From: an uncultured Microcoleus sp.
GTDB lineage: Bacteria > Cyanobacteriota > Cyanobacteriia > Cyanobacteriales > FACHB-T130
DNA length: 45,940 nt
Reading direction: 5' to 3'
Assembly (NCBI GenBank): GCA_964657555.1
Contig: CAZZWA010000003.1
Span: forward strand, 1-45,940
Part shown: one piece after another, positions 7,329 through 15,768 of the stretch
Numbering within the stretch: position 1 is the first letter of the stretch
Layout of the letters: every line of letters starts with the position of its first letter
The notes under the pieces: model-generated
The model's database searches: none
Told to the model about the DNA's origin: nothing
What the model saw: the letters and a program-made list of their open reading frames with translations, nothing else
Translations under genes and position numbers: made by a program

Positions 7329-10300
7329 CTACGTGAGTTCGACGGATTGATTTAGGGACAAAAAAGGCTGAGTCAGGGTCGCGATCACTTCCAATTCGAA
7401 GTGATCGACTAGAAAAGTTATCCCTTCGATCAGCATTTGCTCCTGTTGGGGAATTTGAGTCATCAGTTGCTGAATTTTCCGATCATTTAGATCAAGAGCC
7501 GCTTCATGAACTTGAGCAATCCATTCCAATGGCATGTTGTTCAAATCTTGTGGTGTCAGGGACTTTCGCTCTGAAGTGGCTGCCTCTGGTGAAGTCTTAT
7601 GGGCATAGCAGTATCGAACACCCAAATGACGAGTTATGATCTCGAACAGTTCAGTTTCGGTAAATGGTTTAGCAATGAAGTCATCACAACCAGAGTGCAA
7701 ACTAGCCGTGCGATCCTCTTCAAAGGCATAGGCGGTGAGGGCGATGATTTTGGTGGGAAGTGGGGACGGTGTGGAAGGTAAAGAACGATCTCCTCTATCT
7801 TCCCCATCTCTCTTCTTCTGCTCTTCTAATCGAATCTGCTGGATTGCCTCGTAGCCATCCATGACCGGCATCTGAATGTCCATAAAGATCAGGTGAGGTT
7901 GCCATTGTTGCCATTGGGCGATCGCTTCCACTCCGTTCTTTACCATATGCACCTCAAATCCAATCGGCTCTAATAAAGTCCGCAATAGTTGCTGATTTTC
8001 GAGTACATCTTCAACCACCAGAATGCGGTAAGTGGGCTGTCCTGGCTCCAAACCTACTACCAGATAAGTCGTTTCCGGTTCTACCAGAGCCATCGATTCT
8101 GGCTGCTGCAAAAGCACATTGCAGGTAAAGGTTGAGCCCTGATTCGCTGTGCTTTGAACGGTAATGTCACCCCCCATCAAACGAGCAAACTGTCGGCTGA
8201 TGGACAATCCCAACCCGGTTCCCTGGGCATGACGACCTTGCTCGGTTTGCATAAATGCTTCAAAAACCGATTCCCAATCATGGCTATCAATTCCGCATCC
8301 GGTGTCTTTCACTGTAAACGAGAGGGTGAAAGCAGGGTAGGGGGGTGGAGTTTTGGAATGGCAAGTACAGCCTTGTTTCGTTGTTCTGCTTGCCTCCGCG
8401 CTGGCCCGCACAGTGACACTACCCTGTGTCGTAAATTTGATCGCATTACTGATCAGATTAATCAGGATTTGCCGCAATTTTGCTTCATCACCGTAAACAT
8501 AACAAGGAACACTCTGATCTTTCTCAAACGAGAGCTTTAGCCCTTTCTGATCGGCTTTGAGGGCAAACATTTCTTGCAGCGATCGCAGTAATTGGTGGAG
8601 GTTAAAGTAGCTTTCCGTCAATACCAGTTGCCCTGCCTCAATTCTGGACATCTCTAACACATCATTGATCAGTGTCAGCAGATGTTCGCCACTGCGCCTG
8701 ATGATGCTTAAATATTCCTGAAATTCAGTGGGAGTATTGGAGTCGTGGGTCATCACCTGGGTAAACCCTAGAATAGCGTTGAGGGGAGTTCGCAGTTCGT
8801 GGCTCATCTTAGCGAGGAACTGACTTTTGGCACGGTTGGCGATCGCGGCTCGTTCGGCGGCTTCTTCTAGTGCCGCTTGAGAGAACTCCAGCACTGCCAG
8901 CATCAATGTGTTCCGCATCATCTGTGCCGCTTCAATCTCGGGAGATTTCCAGGGGAGTGACGTTTCTCGCACTGTTTGTTTCCAGAGTTGAAAGGATTTA
9001 CGCGGAGTCAGCCATTGTTCTCCATCTGAGTCAACCAATACAGCCGTGCGTGGATCGCCTGCCCAGTTCACCGTCTGGATTTGTTCTGGTCTGAACCAGA
9101 GGAGGTGATAAGACTTTTGGTGCAATACAATAGCGATCATTAAAATGCCACTTGCAGTATGCTTGAACGCTCTTGCCGGTGGGTAGGGTCGAGCGAGGCA
9201 GTCTGTCAGATAGATGTCCTGTTGATTTAGCTGTGGCAGCCAGGTTAAAAGATCCTGGACATCTTTTAGTGAAGGAGTTTGCCCGATCAATGAAATTTGC
9301 TGATCCAGAATGAGCGCCACTCCCTCTGCCTGAACGAGATCTAGCAATTGAGTTGCATTCTGGATCAATACCTGCTCAATAAAATTAGGTTCCCTTAGGA
9401 ATGACTGCTGGAGGTTTTCCTGAATCGCTTTGACCTGGACACGATAACGACTCAATTCACGTTCTTGCTGATGTACCAGTTCGTTTGAGGCAAACTGTCC
9501 CAGGAATTCGCAGGTTTTGCGCGTCTCATAATCTACCAATTTAGGACTGTAATGGTGGCAAGCAATTAGCCCCCATAGGCGTTGATCATCAATTAATGAA
9601 ATGGTGAGTGACCCGACAATCCCCATATTCTGTAAGTATTCAATGTGATAGGGGGAAACTCCCCGTAATACACACTCACTCAGATCGATTAGGGAATCGT
9701 TGGTTGGAATGATACGGGCAGGGGTGTAATTGATATTGGGAATTTGGCGCACCCAGTTGCGAAGAAACAATTTGCGGGCAGGGACAGGAATGTCAGTCGC
9801 CGGGTAGTGCAGCCCCAGATAGCTTTCTAGATGTTCCTCTTTCTCCTCAGCAATGACGACTCCATGATCATCGGCTTCAAAACGGTAAACCATGACGCGA
9901 TCAAATCCCGTTAGCGCTTTCACTTCTCTGGCAAGCGTTTGAGCTAAATCAGAAAAACTGATCGCACTGCGAAGACTGAGTATTGCGGCTTGCAGGCAAT
10001 GGTAAAACTGGAGTGAATGAGTTTTCTTAGTGGGAAGCTGAGGTTCCAGTTCCAGAATCAGCGCATCTGTTGTTCGATGGAGCCTACTCCTGAAGGTTTG
10101 TGCTTTTAACTCCAAACTCTCACTCTCTGGAAGAGAAACTACTTGCCGCGTTCTTAAATCAAATGGGTTGCAACGTTCCAGGTTGTCTTGAAGCAGAAAT
10201 TCAGCAATTCGTTTTACCTGAGTGCGGGAAAATAATCGCTGTAAGGATTGCCCCAACAATGCTGTTGCAGAAATACCCAAAAATTGCTCTACATTCTCAC

Positions 10301-10481
10301 TTACCTGCAAAATTTTGAGGTGTGGCTCTTGCAGCGTTAAAAGCACTCCATGTGGTTGGATATAGCCTGGAGCATACACAGATTCTTCACTGCAATCCTC
10401 CAACACTGTCAGAGAGGAAGGAGTGAATTCAGATAGTTCGTTAGCGATCAAGGGTTTCATCTTAAAAAGTTCCTGGCTCAT
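7329..10481 (-). CDS. Bacteriophytochrome-type (CphB/BphP-like) photoreceptor hybrid histidine kinase (PAS-GAF-PHY-HisKA-HATPase-REC plus a C-terminal ~90-aa domain)
   Basis: N-terminal DCSEESVYAPGYIQPHGVLL. GAF motifs DRVMVYRFEADDHG, YPATDIP, SPYHIEYLQNMG and LWGLIACHH. H-box MSHELRTPLNAI. G-boxes DTGCGI and GTGLGLSI. REC with IFMDIQMPVMDG. Confidence 0.9.
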   Translation of the reverse strand: MSQELFKMKPLIANELSEFTPSSLTVLEDCSEESVYAPGYIQPHGVLLTLQEPHLKILQVSENVEQFLGISATALLGQSLQRLFSRTQVKRIAEFLLQDNLERCNPFDLRTRQVVSLPESESLELKAQTFRSRLHRTTDALILELEPQLPTKKTHSLQFYHCLQAAILSLRSAISFSDLAQTLAREVKALTGFDRVMVYRFEADDHGVVIAEEKEEHLESYLGLHYPATDIPVPARKLFLRNWVRQIPNINYTPARIIPTNDSLIDLSECVLRGVSPYHIEYLQNMGIVGSLTISLIDDQRLWGLIACHHYSPKLVDYETRKTCEFLGQFASNELVHQQERELSRYRVQVKAIQENLQQSFLREPNFIEQVLIQNATQLLDLVQAEGVALILDQQISLIGQTPSLKDVQDLLTWLPQLNQQDIYLTDCLARPYPPARAFKHTASGILMIAIVLHQKSYHLLWFRPEQIQTVNWAGDPRTAVLVDSDGEQWLTPRKSFQLWKQTVRETSLPWKSPEIEAAQMMRNTLMLAVLEFSQAALEEAAERAAIANRAKSQFLAKMSHELRTPLNAILGFTQVMTHDSNTPTEFQEYLSIIRRSGEHLLTLINDVLEMSRIEAGQLVLTESYFNLHQLLRSLQEMFALKADQKGLKLSFEKDQSVPCYVYGDEAKLRQILINLISNAIKFTTQGSVTVRASAEASRTTKQGCTCHSKTPPPYPAFTLSFTVKDTGCGIDSHDWESVFEAFMQTEQGRHAQGTGLGLSISRQFARLMGGDITVQSTANQGSTFTCNVLLQQPESMALVEPETTYLVVGLEPGQPTYRILVVEDVLENQQLLRTLLEPIGFEVHMVKNGVEAIAQWQQWQPHLIFMDIQMPVMDGYEAIQQIRLEEQKKRDGEDRGDRSLPSTPSPLPTKIIALTAYAFEEDRTASLHSGCDDFIAKPFTETELFEIITRHLGVRYCYAHKTSPEAATSERKSLTPQDLNNMPLEWIAQVHEAALDLNDRKIQQLMTQIPQQEQMLIEGITFLVDHFELEVIATLTQPFLSLNQSVELT

Positions 10482-11016
10482 CAGGTTGCCTTTTATAGCT
10501 TATAGTTAAAAATTTTGAAGACCAATGGCTATCCTCTTTGACATTCTGCGTAGCCAAGCCCAAGACCAGAAATGCCCTGAAAAAAGTTTGCTCAACAGCT
10601 TTAGTATGTTGGTCGTCTTCGCTTGACCAACCAATGGCTCTGACCCAGCAGACCAGATTATGTTACCTTGACCGGATTTAGTCAGCATTTACTCGAATCC
10701 TTTGATTAACCTTGGTTCTAAATTTTAGTAATCCCTTTTTTAGGTAATAAATTTATATTTAAGTGTAAAGTTTCGATAAATTCATCCTCCATTTTCTTCT
10801 GCTTAGCCTCAGTATTAACACTAAATTTTATATCTTCAAAATTTTATATGTACTGAAGATGGAAGTGAGCAATCAGACCCACCGGCGAACAAACCATCAA
10901 ATTTAACCTAGAAAGACTACTAGCCTCGTTGAGCAAAAAAAGATTAGCCTTCAATAGAGAAAAAATCCGGATTTGTCCTATCGACAGAAGAATATAACTT
11001 TAGATAAATTTTAGAA

Positions 11017-12570
11017 ATGCATCGACCAATAAGGTTGATCTGGACGAGCAGTAGGAGAGATTTGATGAAACCGCAAGGCTCTGGGCGAGTTAGGCATGGT
11101 ATTCACCAGTCGATAGCACAAGTCTCAGCAATATTCATGCGATTGCTATATAAGCAGATTATCCTCGTTCTCACAATTTTATTTTGCGTTGGTGTAGCGG
11201 GAGCTTTGTGGAATACCTCTGTTCTCTCGTCGAACCTGATTAAGTGGCAAGCACTCCAGAATGCTGCTTTGTATGCCCAAGCCTTAGATGAGGCGGACAC
11301 ACTATACAGCAACGCTGCTGTTGATCGCGCAAAAGTCATTAAGGGAATTACCGTTACCCATAACTACGCAACTAAACAAGGGGCAATCCCTCTACCCTTC
11401 ACATTCCTGATCGAGCTTAGTCAGCACCTGAGTAAAATAAACTCTGGGCTGTCAGTCCGCGTGTACAGTGACTACCCCTTTCCTTTGCGACGAGCGACAG
11501 GTGGTGCCAAAGATGATTTTGAGCGAGAAGCACTCCGCTACTTAAGACAACATCCCAATCAGACCTTTACTCGCTTTGAGAACTTCCAAGGTCGTCCCTC
11601 AATGCGATATGCCGAAGCGAACATCATGAAGCCTAGCTGCGTTGCTTGTCACAACACTCATCCAGATAGTCCCAAGAAGGACTGGAAGGTGGGGGATGTC
11701 CGAGGAGTTTTGGAGATTTCTCGACCCCTAGATACCTTCATCGAGAAGACTAACGAGGGACTGCAAGGAACTTTTATAATGTTAGCAGTTCTTTCTACGA
11801 TGGGGCTTTTTGGGATCGCGTTGGTGATCGGCAGACTGCGTCAAACTTCCAAAGAGCTAGAGCTACGTGTAATTGAGCGCACAGGAGAACTGCGGCAGGC
11901 AAATCAGCAACTCGCAGTAGAAAAAGAAAAGTCTGAGCGTTTATTGCTCAATATCTTGCCTGAATCCATTGCTCAAAGGCTGAAAGAGGGACACAACAGT
12001 ATCGCTGATGGGTTTGCCGAGGTGACAATTTTATTTGCTGACCTTGTTAACTTTACTCAGTTATCACAACGGGTATCGCCATCAGAACTCGTTTTATTAC
12101 TCAACGAGATCTTCTCTGCATTTGATCACTTGACTGAGCGGCATAGCTTAGAGAAGATTAAGACAATTGGGGATGCCTATATGGTAGCGGGCGGCCTTCC
12201 CACACCCCTGGCAAACCATGCAGAGGCTGTTGCCGAAATGGCCCTCGATATGCAACAGGAAATTGCTCAGTTTAACGCCAGACATCGTCAAGCATTAAAC
12301 ATCCGAATTGGCATTAATACTGGCCCTGTGGTTGCTGGAGTGATTGGTACTAGAAAATTCATTTACGACCTTTGGGGCGATACAGTTAACGTCGCTAGTC
12401 GGATGGAGTCTCATGGGATAGCAGGAAAAATTCAGGTGACAGATGCAACTTACGAACGCTTGCATCATCGATATACCTTTGAGTCAAGGGGGTCAATCCA
12501 GGTAAAAGGCAAGGGGGACATGGTAACTTACCTGCTTACAGGCAGAAAAAGTCAGGTTGTTACCCACTAG
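11017..12570 (+). CDS. Membrane sensor class III adenylate/guanylate cyclase with an extracytoplasmic DUF3365-like CxxCH (c-type heme) domain
   Basis: A TM helix (IILVLTILFCVGVAGALW) is followed by a ~180-aa domain containing PSCVACHNTHPDSPKKDWKVGDVRGVLEI and then a second TM. The cyclase motifs are FADLVNFT, KTIGDAYM and LWGDTVNVASRMES. The start is uncertain; alternative ATGs are at 11065 and 11137. Confidence 0.88.
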   Translation: MHRPIRLIWTSSRRDLMKPQGSGRVRHGIHQSIAQVSAIFMRLLYKQIILVLTILFCVGVAGALWNTSVLSSNLIKWQALQNAALYAQALDEADTLYSNAAVDRAKVIKGITVTHNYATKQGAIPLPFTFLIELSQHLSKINSGLSVRVYSDYPFPLRRATGGAKDDFEREALRYLRQHPNQTFTRFENFQGRPSMRYAEANIMKPSCVACHNTHPDSPKKDWKVGDVRGVLEISRPLDTFIEKTNEGLQGTFIMLAVLSTMGLFGIALVIGRLRQTSKELELRVIERTGELRQANQQLAVEKEKSERLLLNILPESIAQRLKEGHNSIADGFAEVTILFADLVNFTQLSQRVSPSELVLLLNEIFSAFDHLTERHSLEKIKTIGDAYMVAGGLPTPLANHAEAVAEMALDMQQEIAQFNARHRQALNIRIGINTGPVVAGVIGTRKFIYDLWGDTVNVASRMESHGIAGKIQVTDATYERLHHRYTFESRGSIQVKGKGDMVTYLLTGRKSQVVTH

Positions 12571-12779
12571 AGTATCGATTAGACATCTCTGAAAATGCTC
12601 TAACTTTCTCTGAAACTGGGTTGATCCGACTCGCACCATTTTGAGAACTCAGCCCTTTTTTGAGGCTAAATTAAGCTGCTATGGAGTTGCAGTTAGTTTA
12701 ACAGAAGCATTAAAAGACGAGACTAGGTAAGTTTGCATCAGTGCTGACTTTGCCTTCATGAAAATCGTTGCTGGCTCTC

Positions 12780-12810
12780 AAGAAAAGGTAGAGGTGACTC
12801 GCCACCTCTA
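12780..12810 (-). terminator. Probable terminator of the ndhF-ndhD-CO2 hydration protein operon
   Basis: An 8-bp stem tagaggtg (12789-12796) / cacctcta (12803-12810) is followed on the minus strand by ccttttctt. It lies ~50 nt past the stop at 12857. Confidence 0.5.
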
Positions 12811-12856
12811 ACCAGACAGGAGAAAAGTGCGATCGCCTCTTCTCTTGCCACCTGTA

Positions 12857-13987
12857 CTAACTGTTGACATCAGCCAAGCGAGAATTTAGGAATCGATCCA
12901 TCCATTTTTCCAGATAGATTCTATTCGCTTTTTCCTCAGATGAATCGTTTGTATTTAGAGGATAAGGTGCTAACCCCAAAATTGTGGCTGTTGTCACGCA
13001 AAACATTGACTTTTGGAAACTTTGGCAAATTTGGACCCGCAGATCATCTTCTCCCCGGAGGCTGCGGCGGTAAATATTGTGCAGATAGTCCGGTAAGAAA
13101 TGCCGCATATCCTGCATTAGTTGAGTGGGTGGAATGCCTGCGCCACCAATTGGCAAGGGGTCTGCATAAAGAGCCCCATACTCAAATCTACTTTGATCTG
13201 GGGAAATTTGGTGAGCTTGAGCATTGAAAGAAACCGTACCGGGGAAAGGTGTTCCCCGAAAGAAAACTGCCTCGACATAAGGCACGGCTGTATCTTTTAG
13301 GAAAGTCAAGCCAGCTGCTTTAGGAACGATTTCATACACCTCATTCCCAATTTTTACTAAGTAAGTAATTGGCAAGTTAGCTGCTGCCACCAATTCATCT
13401 TTGATGTGTTCTACCACATCGGAGATAGATTTAATTTCCCCTTTGTCGTACCTGTCAGATAGGGTAATGAACATGTCGCTCATTACTCGCCAGAACTGAC
13501 CAAGCGCACTGTAATATGTCAGTTGGCGTACCTGTTCTGGCAAAAATTCTGGAAACAAGTTGCCCAGCCCTCTTATGGGCAAGTTATGCTTAGTTTTAGC
13601 TTGAATTGCTGGCTGTGATCGCTTATAAAACTCTGGAGAATCTAAGTAAGCATCAAGGCCGCCGCCGCCATGCCAAAGCATGGTTTTCATACAGTATTCA
13701 GCATATTCATAATTAATCCGGTCATGCCACCAGTGGCGCAGCAATTTTTTCCAAGAAAACTCACCATTGAAGTACTTAAAGAAAGGAAAAAGGACTAAAA
13801 ATTGATTTTCGGCAATATAGATGAGATTGCGGGAGTACTCATCTAGAACGATGCCATAGCTTTTGAGAATCCCAACCACCTCCATAACATTTTCTGGAGT
13901 GTCAGGAAGTAAAGCACCCCCAGCTTTCAGTCGATTGATATAGGCTGCTAGAGGGTGAGCTGTGGATTTCAAAGTTGTGCTTATCAT
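12857..13987 (-). CDS. CO2 hydration protein of the NDH-1 CO2-uptake complex (ChpX/CupB-like; ChpY/CupA not excluded)
   Basis: Family-typical N-terminus HPLAAYINRLKAGGALLPDTPENVMEVVGILKSYGIVLDEYSRNLIYIAENQFLVLFPFFKYF. It is the last gene after ndhF and ndhD on the same strand. Confidence 0.9.
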   Translation of the reverse strand: MISTTLKSTAHPLAAYINRLKAGGALLPDTPENVMEVVGILKSYGIVLDEYSRNLIYIAENQFLVLFPFFKYFNGEFSWKKLLRHWWHDRINYEYAEYCMKTMLWHGGGGLDAYLDSPEFYKRSQPAIQAKTKHNLPIRGLGNLFPEFLPEQVRQLTYYSALGQFWRVMSDMFITLSDRYDKGEIKSISDVVEHIKDELVAAANLPITYLVKIGNEVYEIVPKAAGLTFLKDTAVPYVEAVFFRGTPFPGTVSFNAQAHQISPDQSRFEYGALYADPLPIGGAGIPPTQLMQDMRHFLPDYLHNIYRRSLRGEDDLRVQICQSFQKSMFCVTTATILGLAPYPLNTNDSSEEKANRIYLEKWMDRFLNSRLADVNS

Positions 13988-14154
13988 TACCAGTCCTCTT
14001 TAGGAAACAACACTTTGATAACTGAAACGATTTTAGTTTGAGGATAAATTATCCCCACCCCTCTTAAACAAAAGTGAGGGGAGAGAGCTAAGCTTTATCC
14101 ACTTGTCGATTTGAGATCAAAACGAAGACTGAGAAAATGAGTTTCTTGAACTTC

Positions 14155-15684
14155 TTAAGGAACACTATTTTTTGTAGGAACAGCGACAGGAGGAATTTGA
14201 GCAACAGCAGCAGAATTATGAATCATTGCCGCCATTGTCGTCTCACTCGAACGCACCAGCAAGGAAGGCGTCACTCCCAAGACGACAATCAGAACAGCTA
14301 GAATCAGAGCCGGTAAGCGATCTGACAACTCAACTTTTGGCATGTTCGTCACCCGTTCAGACAAGCGCCCAAAAAAGGCACGGTTAACTAGCAGCAAGAA
14401 GTAAACTGCTGTTAAGCCTGTACCCACCATGCAGAGCACGGTTTGAGTGGGAAAAACGGGGAAACTGCCCCGAAACACCAAAAATTCCGAAATAAAACCC
14501 ACCATCCCAGGAATACCTGCACTTGCCATGACTCCTACAACCATCAAGCTACCAATCAGAGGTAAACCCCGTTCTGGGTTGAGAAGACCGCGCAGTATTT
14601 CTAAATCGCGGGTACCAGCTTTCTTGTAAACTACACCTACCAACAAAAACAGCATTGCTGAAATTAAGCCGTGGCTGATCATTTGAACGACAGATGCCAC
14701 AAGCGAGAGGGGAGTGTCAGCCGCAGCAGCTAATAGGATGTAGCCCATATGACCAATGGAGCTATAAGCTACCATTTTTTTCATGTCTGTTTGAACGATC
14801 GCTGTTAATGCACCGTAAAGCACACTTACCACTGCCCAAGTAGCCAGCCAAGGCGCTAAGGCTGTCCATGCCTCTGGCAGTAAGCCCAAACCAAACTTCA
14901 GCAGTCCATATGTTCCCAACTTCAACAGTACCCCTGCTAAGAGAACGGAAACTGGGGTCGAAGCTTCAACGTGAGCATCTGGCAACCATGTGTGGAAGGG
15001 AACCAGAGGAATTTTGATGCCAAATCCTACCAAAATCCCTGCTAACAGCAGGATCTGTGCTTCCAAGGCTAGGGGATGTTCTGGTGAAGATATGGCACGC
15101 AGCGTTTCTGCATAAGCAAAAGAGTCAGCACCGCTCAGCAAAACCAGACCAAAGAAAGATGCCAAAATTAAAATTCCTGAAAGAGCGGTGTAAATGAGAA
15201 ACTTCGTTGCTGCGTAACCGCGTCGCACCCCACCCCAAATGGCAATCAACAGATACAGCGGAATCAGTTCTACCTCGTAAAACAGGAAGAACAGCAGCAA
15301 ATCCTGTGAGAGGAAGGCACCTGCCACCCCAGCATTCAAAAGTAATATCAGACCGTAGTAAAGTCGAGGCCGGGAGACAGAATTATCTGTGCTGTAGATA
15401 GCGATGGCAGTCAAAAGACCGTTTAAAATCAGCAAAGGCAAAGACAAACCATCAAGGCCAAGGCGATAGGTTAAGCCTAAGGCATCAAGCCAGGGAATGA
15501 ACTCAGTAAATTGCTGGCCTACATTCCCTAGCTCAAACTGGCTTGCCAATACGAGAGACCAGACAAAGACGCCCACGGTTACTGCCAAGGCGATTTGGCG
15601 AAGCACCTTAGAAGTCATAGTCTGGGGTAAAACCCACACGAGAGCCGCGCCTAGCACTGGCACCCAAATCAAGGTACTGAGCAT
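14155..15684 (-). CDS. ndhD: NAD(P)H-quinone oxidoreductase subunit 4 (NdhD), CO2-uptake paralog (D3/D4 type)
   Basis: 509-aa polytopic antiporter-like subunit with FFLFYEVELIPLYLLI, HTWLPDAHVEA and VAYSSIGHMG. It sits between ndhF and the CO2 hydration gene. Confidence 0.92.
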   Translation of the reverse strand: MLSTLIWVPVLGAALVWVLPQTMTSKVLRQIALAVTVGVFVWSLVLASQFELGNVGQQFTEFIPWLDALGLTYRLGLDGLSLPLLILNGLLTAIAIYSTDNSVSRPRLYYGLILLLNAGVAGAFLSQDLLLFFLFYEVELIPLYLLIAIWGGVRRGYAATKFLIYTALSGILILASFFGLVLLSGADSFAYAETLRAISSPEHPLALEAQILLLAGILVGFGIKIPLVPFHTWLPDAHVEASTPVSVLLAGVLLKLGTYGLLKFGLGLLPEAWTALAPWLATWAVVSVLYGALTAIVQTDMKKMVAYSSIGHMGYILLAAAADTPLSLVASVVQMISHGLISAMLFLLVGVVYKKAGTRDLEILRGLLNPERGLPLIGSLMVVGVMASAGIPGMVGFISEFLVFRGSFPVFPTQTVLCMVGTGLTAVYFLLLVNRAFFGRLSERVTNMPKVELSDRLPALILAVLIVVLGVTPSLLVRSSETTMAAMIHNSAAVAQIPPVAVPTKNSVP

Positions 15685-15686
15685 AG

Positions 15687-15742
15687 TTAGTCCCTAGTCA
15701 TTAGTTCTTTGTTCTTAGTCATTATTCATTAGTCATTAGTCC
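15687..15742. repeat. STRR-like tandem heptamer array (TTAGTCA/TTAGTCC, 8 degenerate copies) in the ndhF-ndhD spacer
   Basis: Reading in 7-nt register from 15687: ttagtcc ctagtca ttagttc tttgttc ttagtca ttattca ttagtca ttagtcc. Confidence 0.85.
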
Positions 15743-15768
15743 TTTACTGTTTGACCAATAACCAATGA

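Noticed and set aside
10506-10688. 60-aa minus-strand ORF, and a 33-codon plus-strand ORF (10526-10627), in the phytochrome / cyclase divergent spacer
   Set aside because: There is no SD and no recognisable motif, and they lie in a promoter region. I noted only a 10-nt direct repeat accaatggct (10521-10530 and 10629-10638).
14042-14081. Small palindromes in the ndhD / CO2 hydration gene spacer (ggataa-a-ttatcc at 14042-14054; cccctc-N12-gagggg at 14058-14081) as a terminator
   Set aside because: The stems are only 6 bp, there is no U-tract, and the site is inside an operon. At most it is a processing or stability element, and the evidence is too weak to list as a feature.
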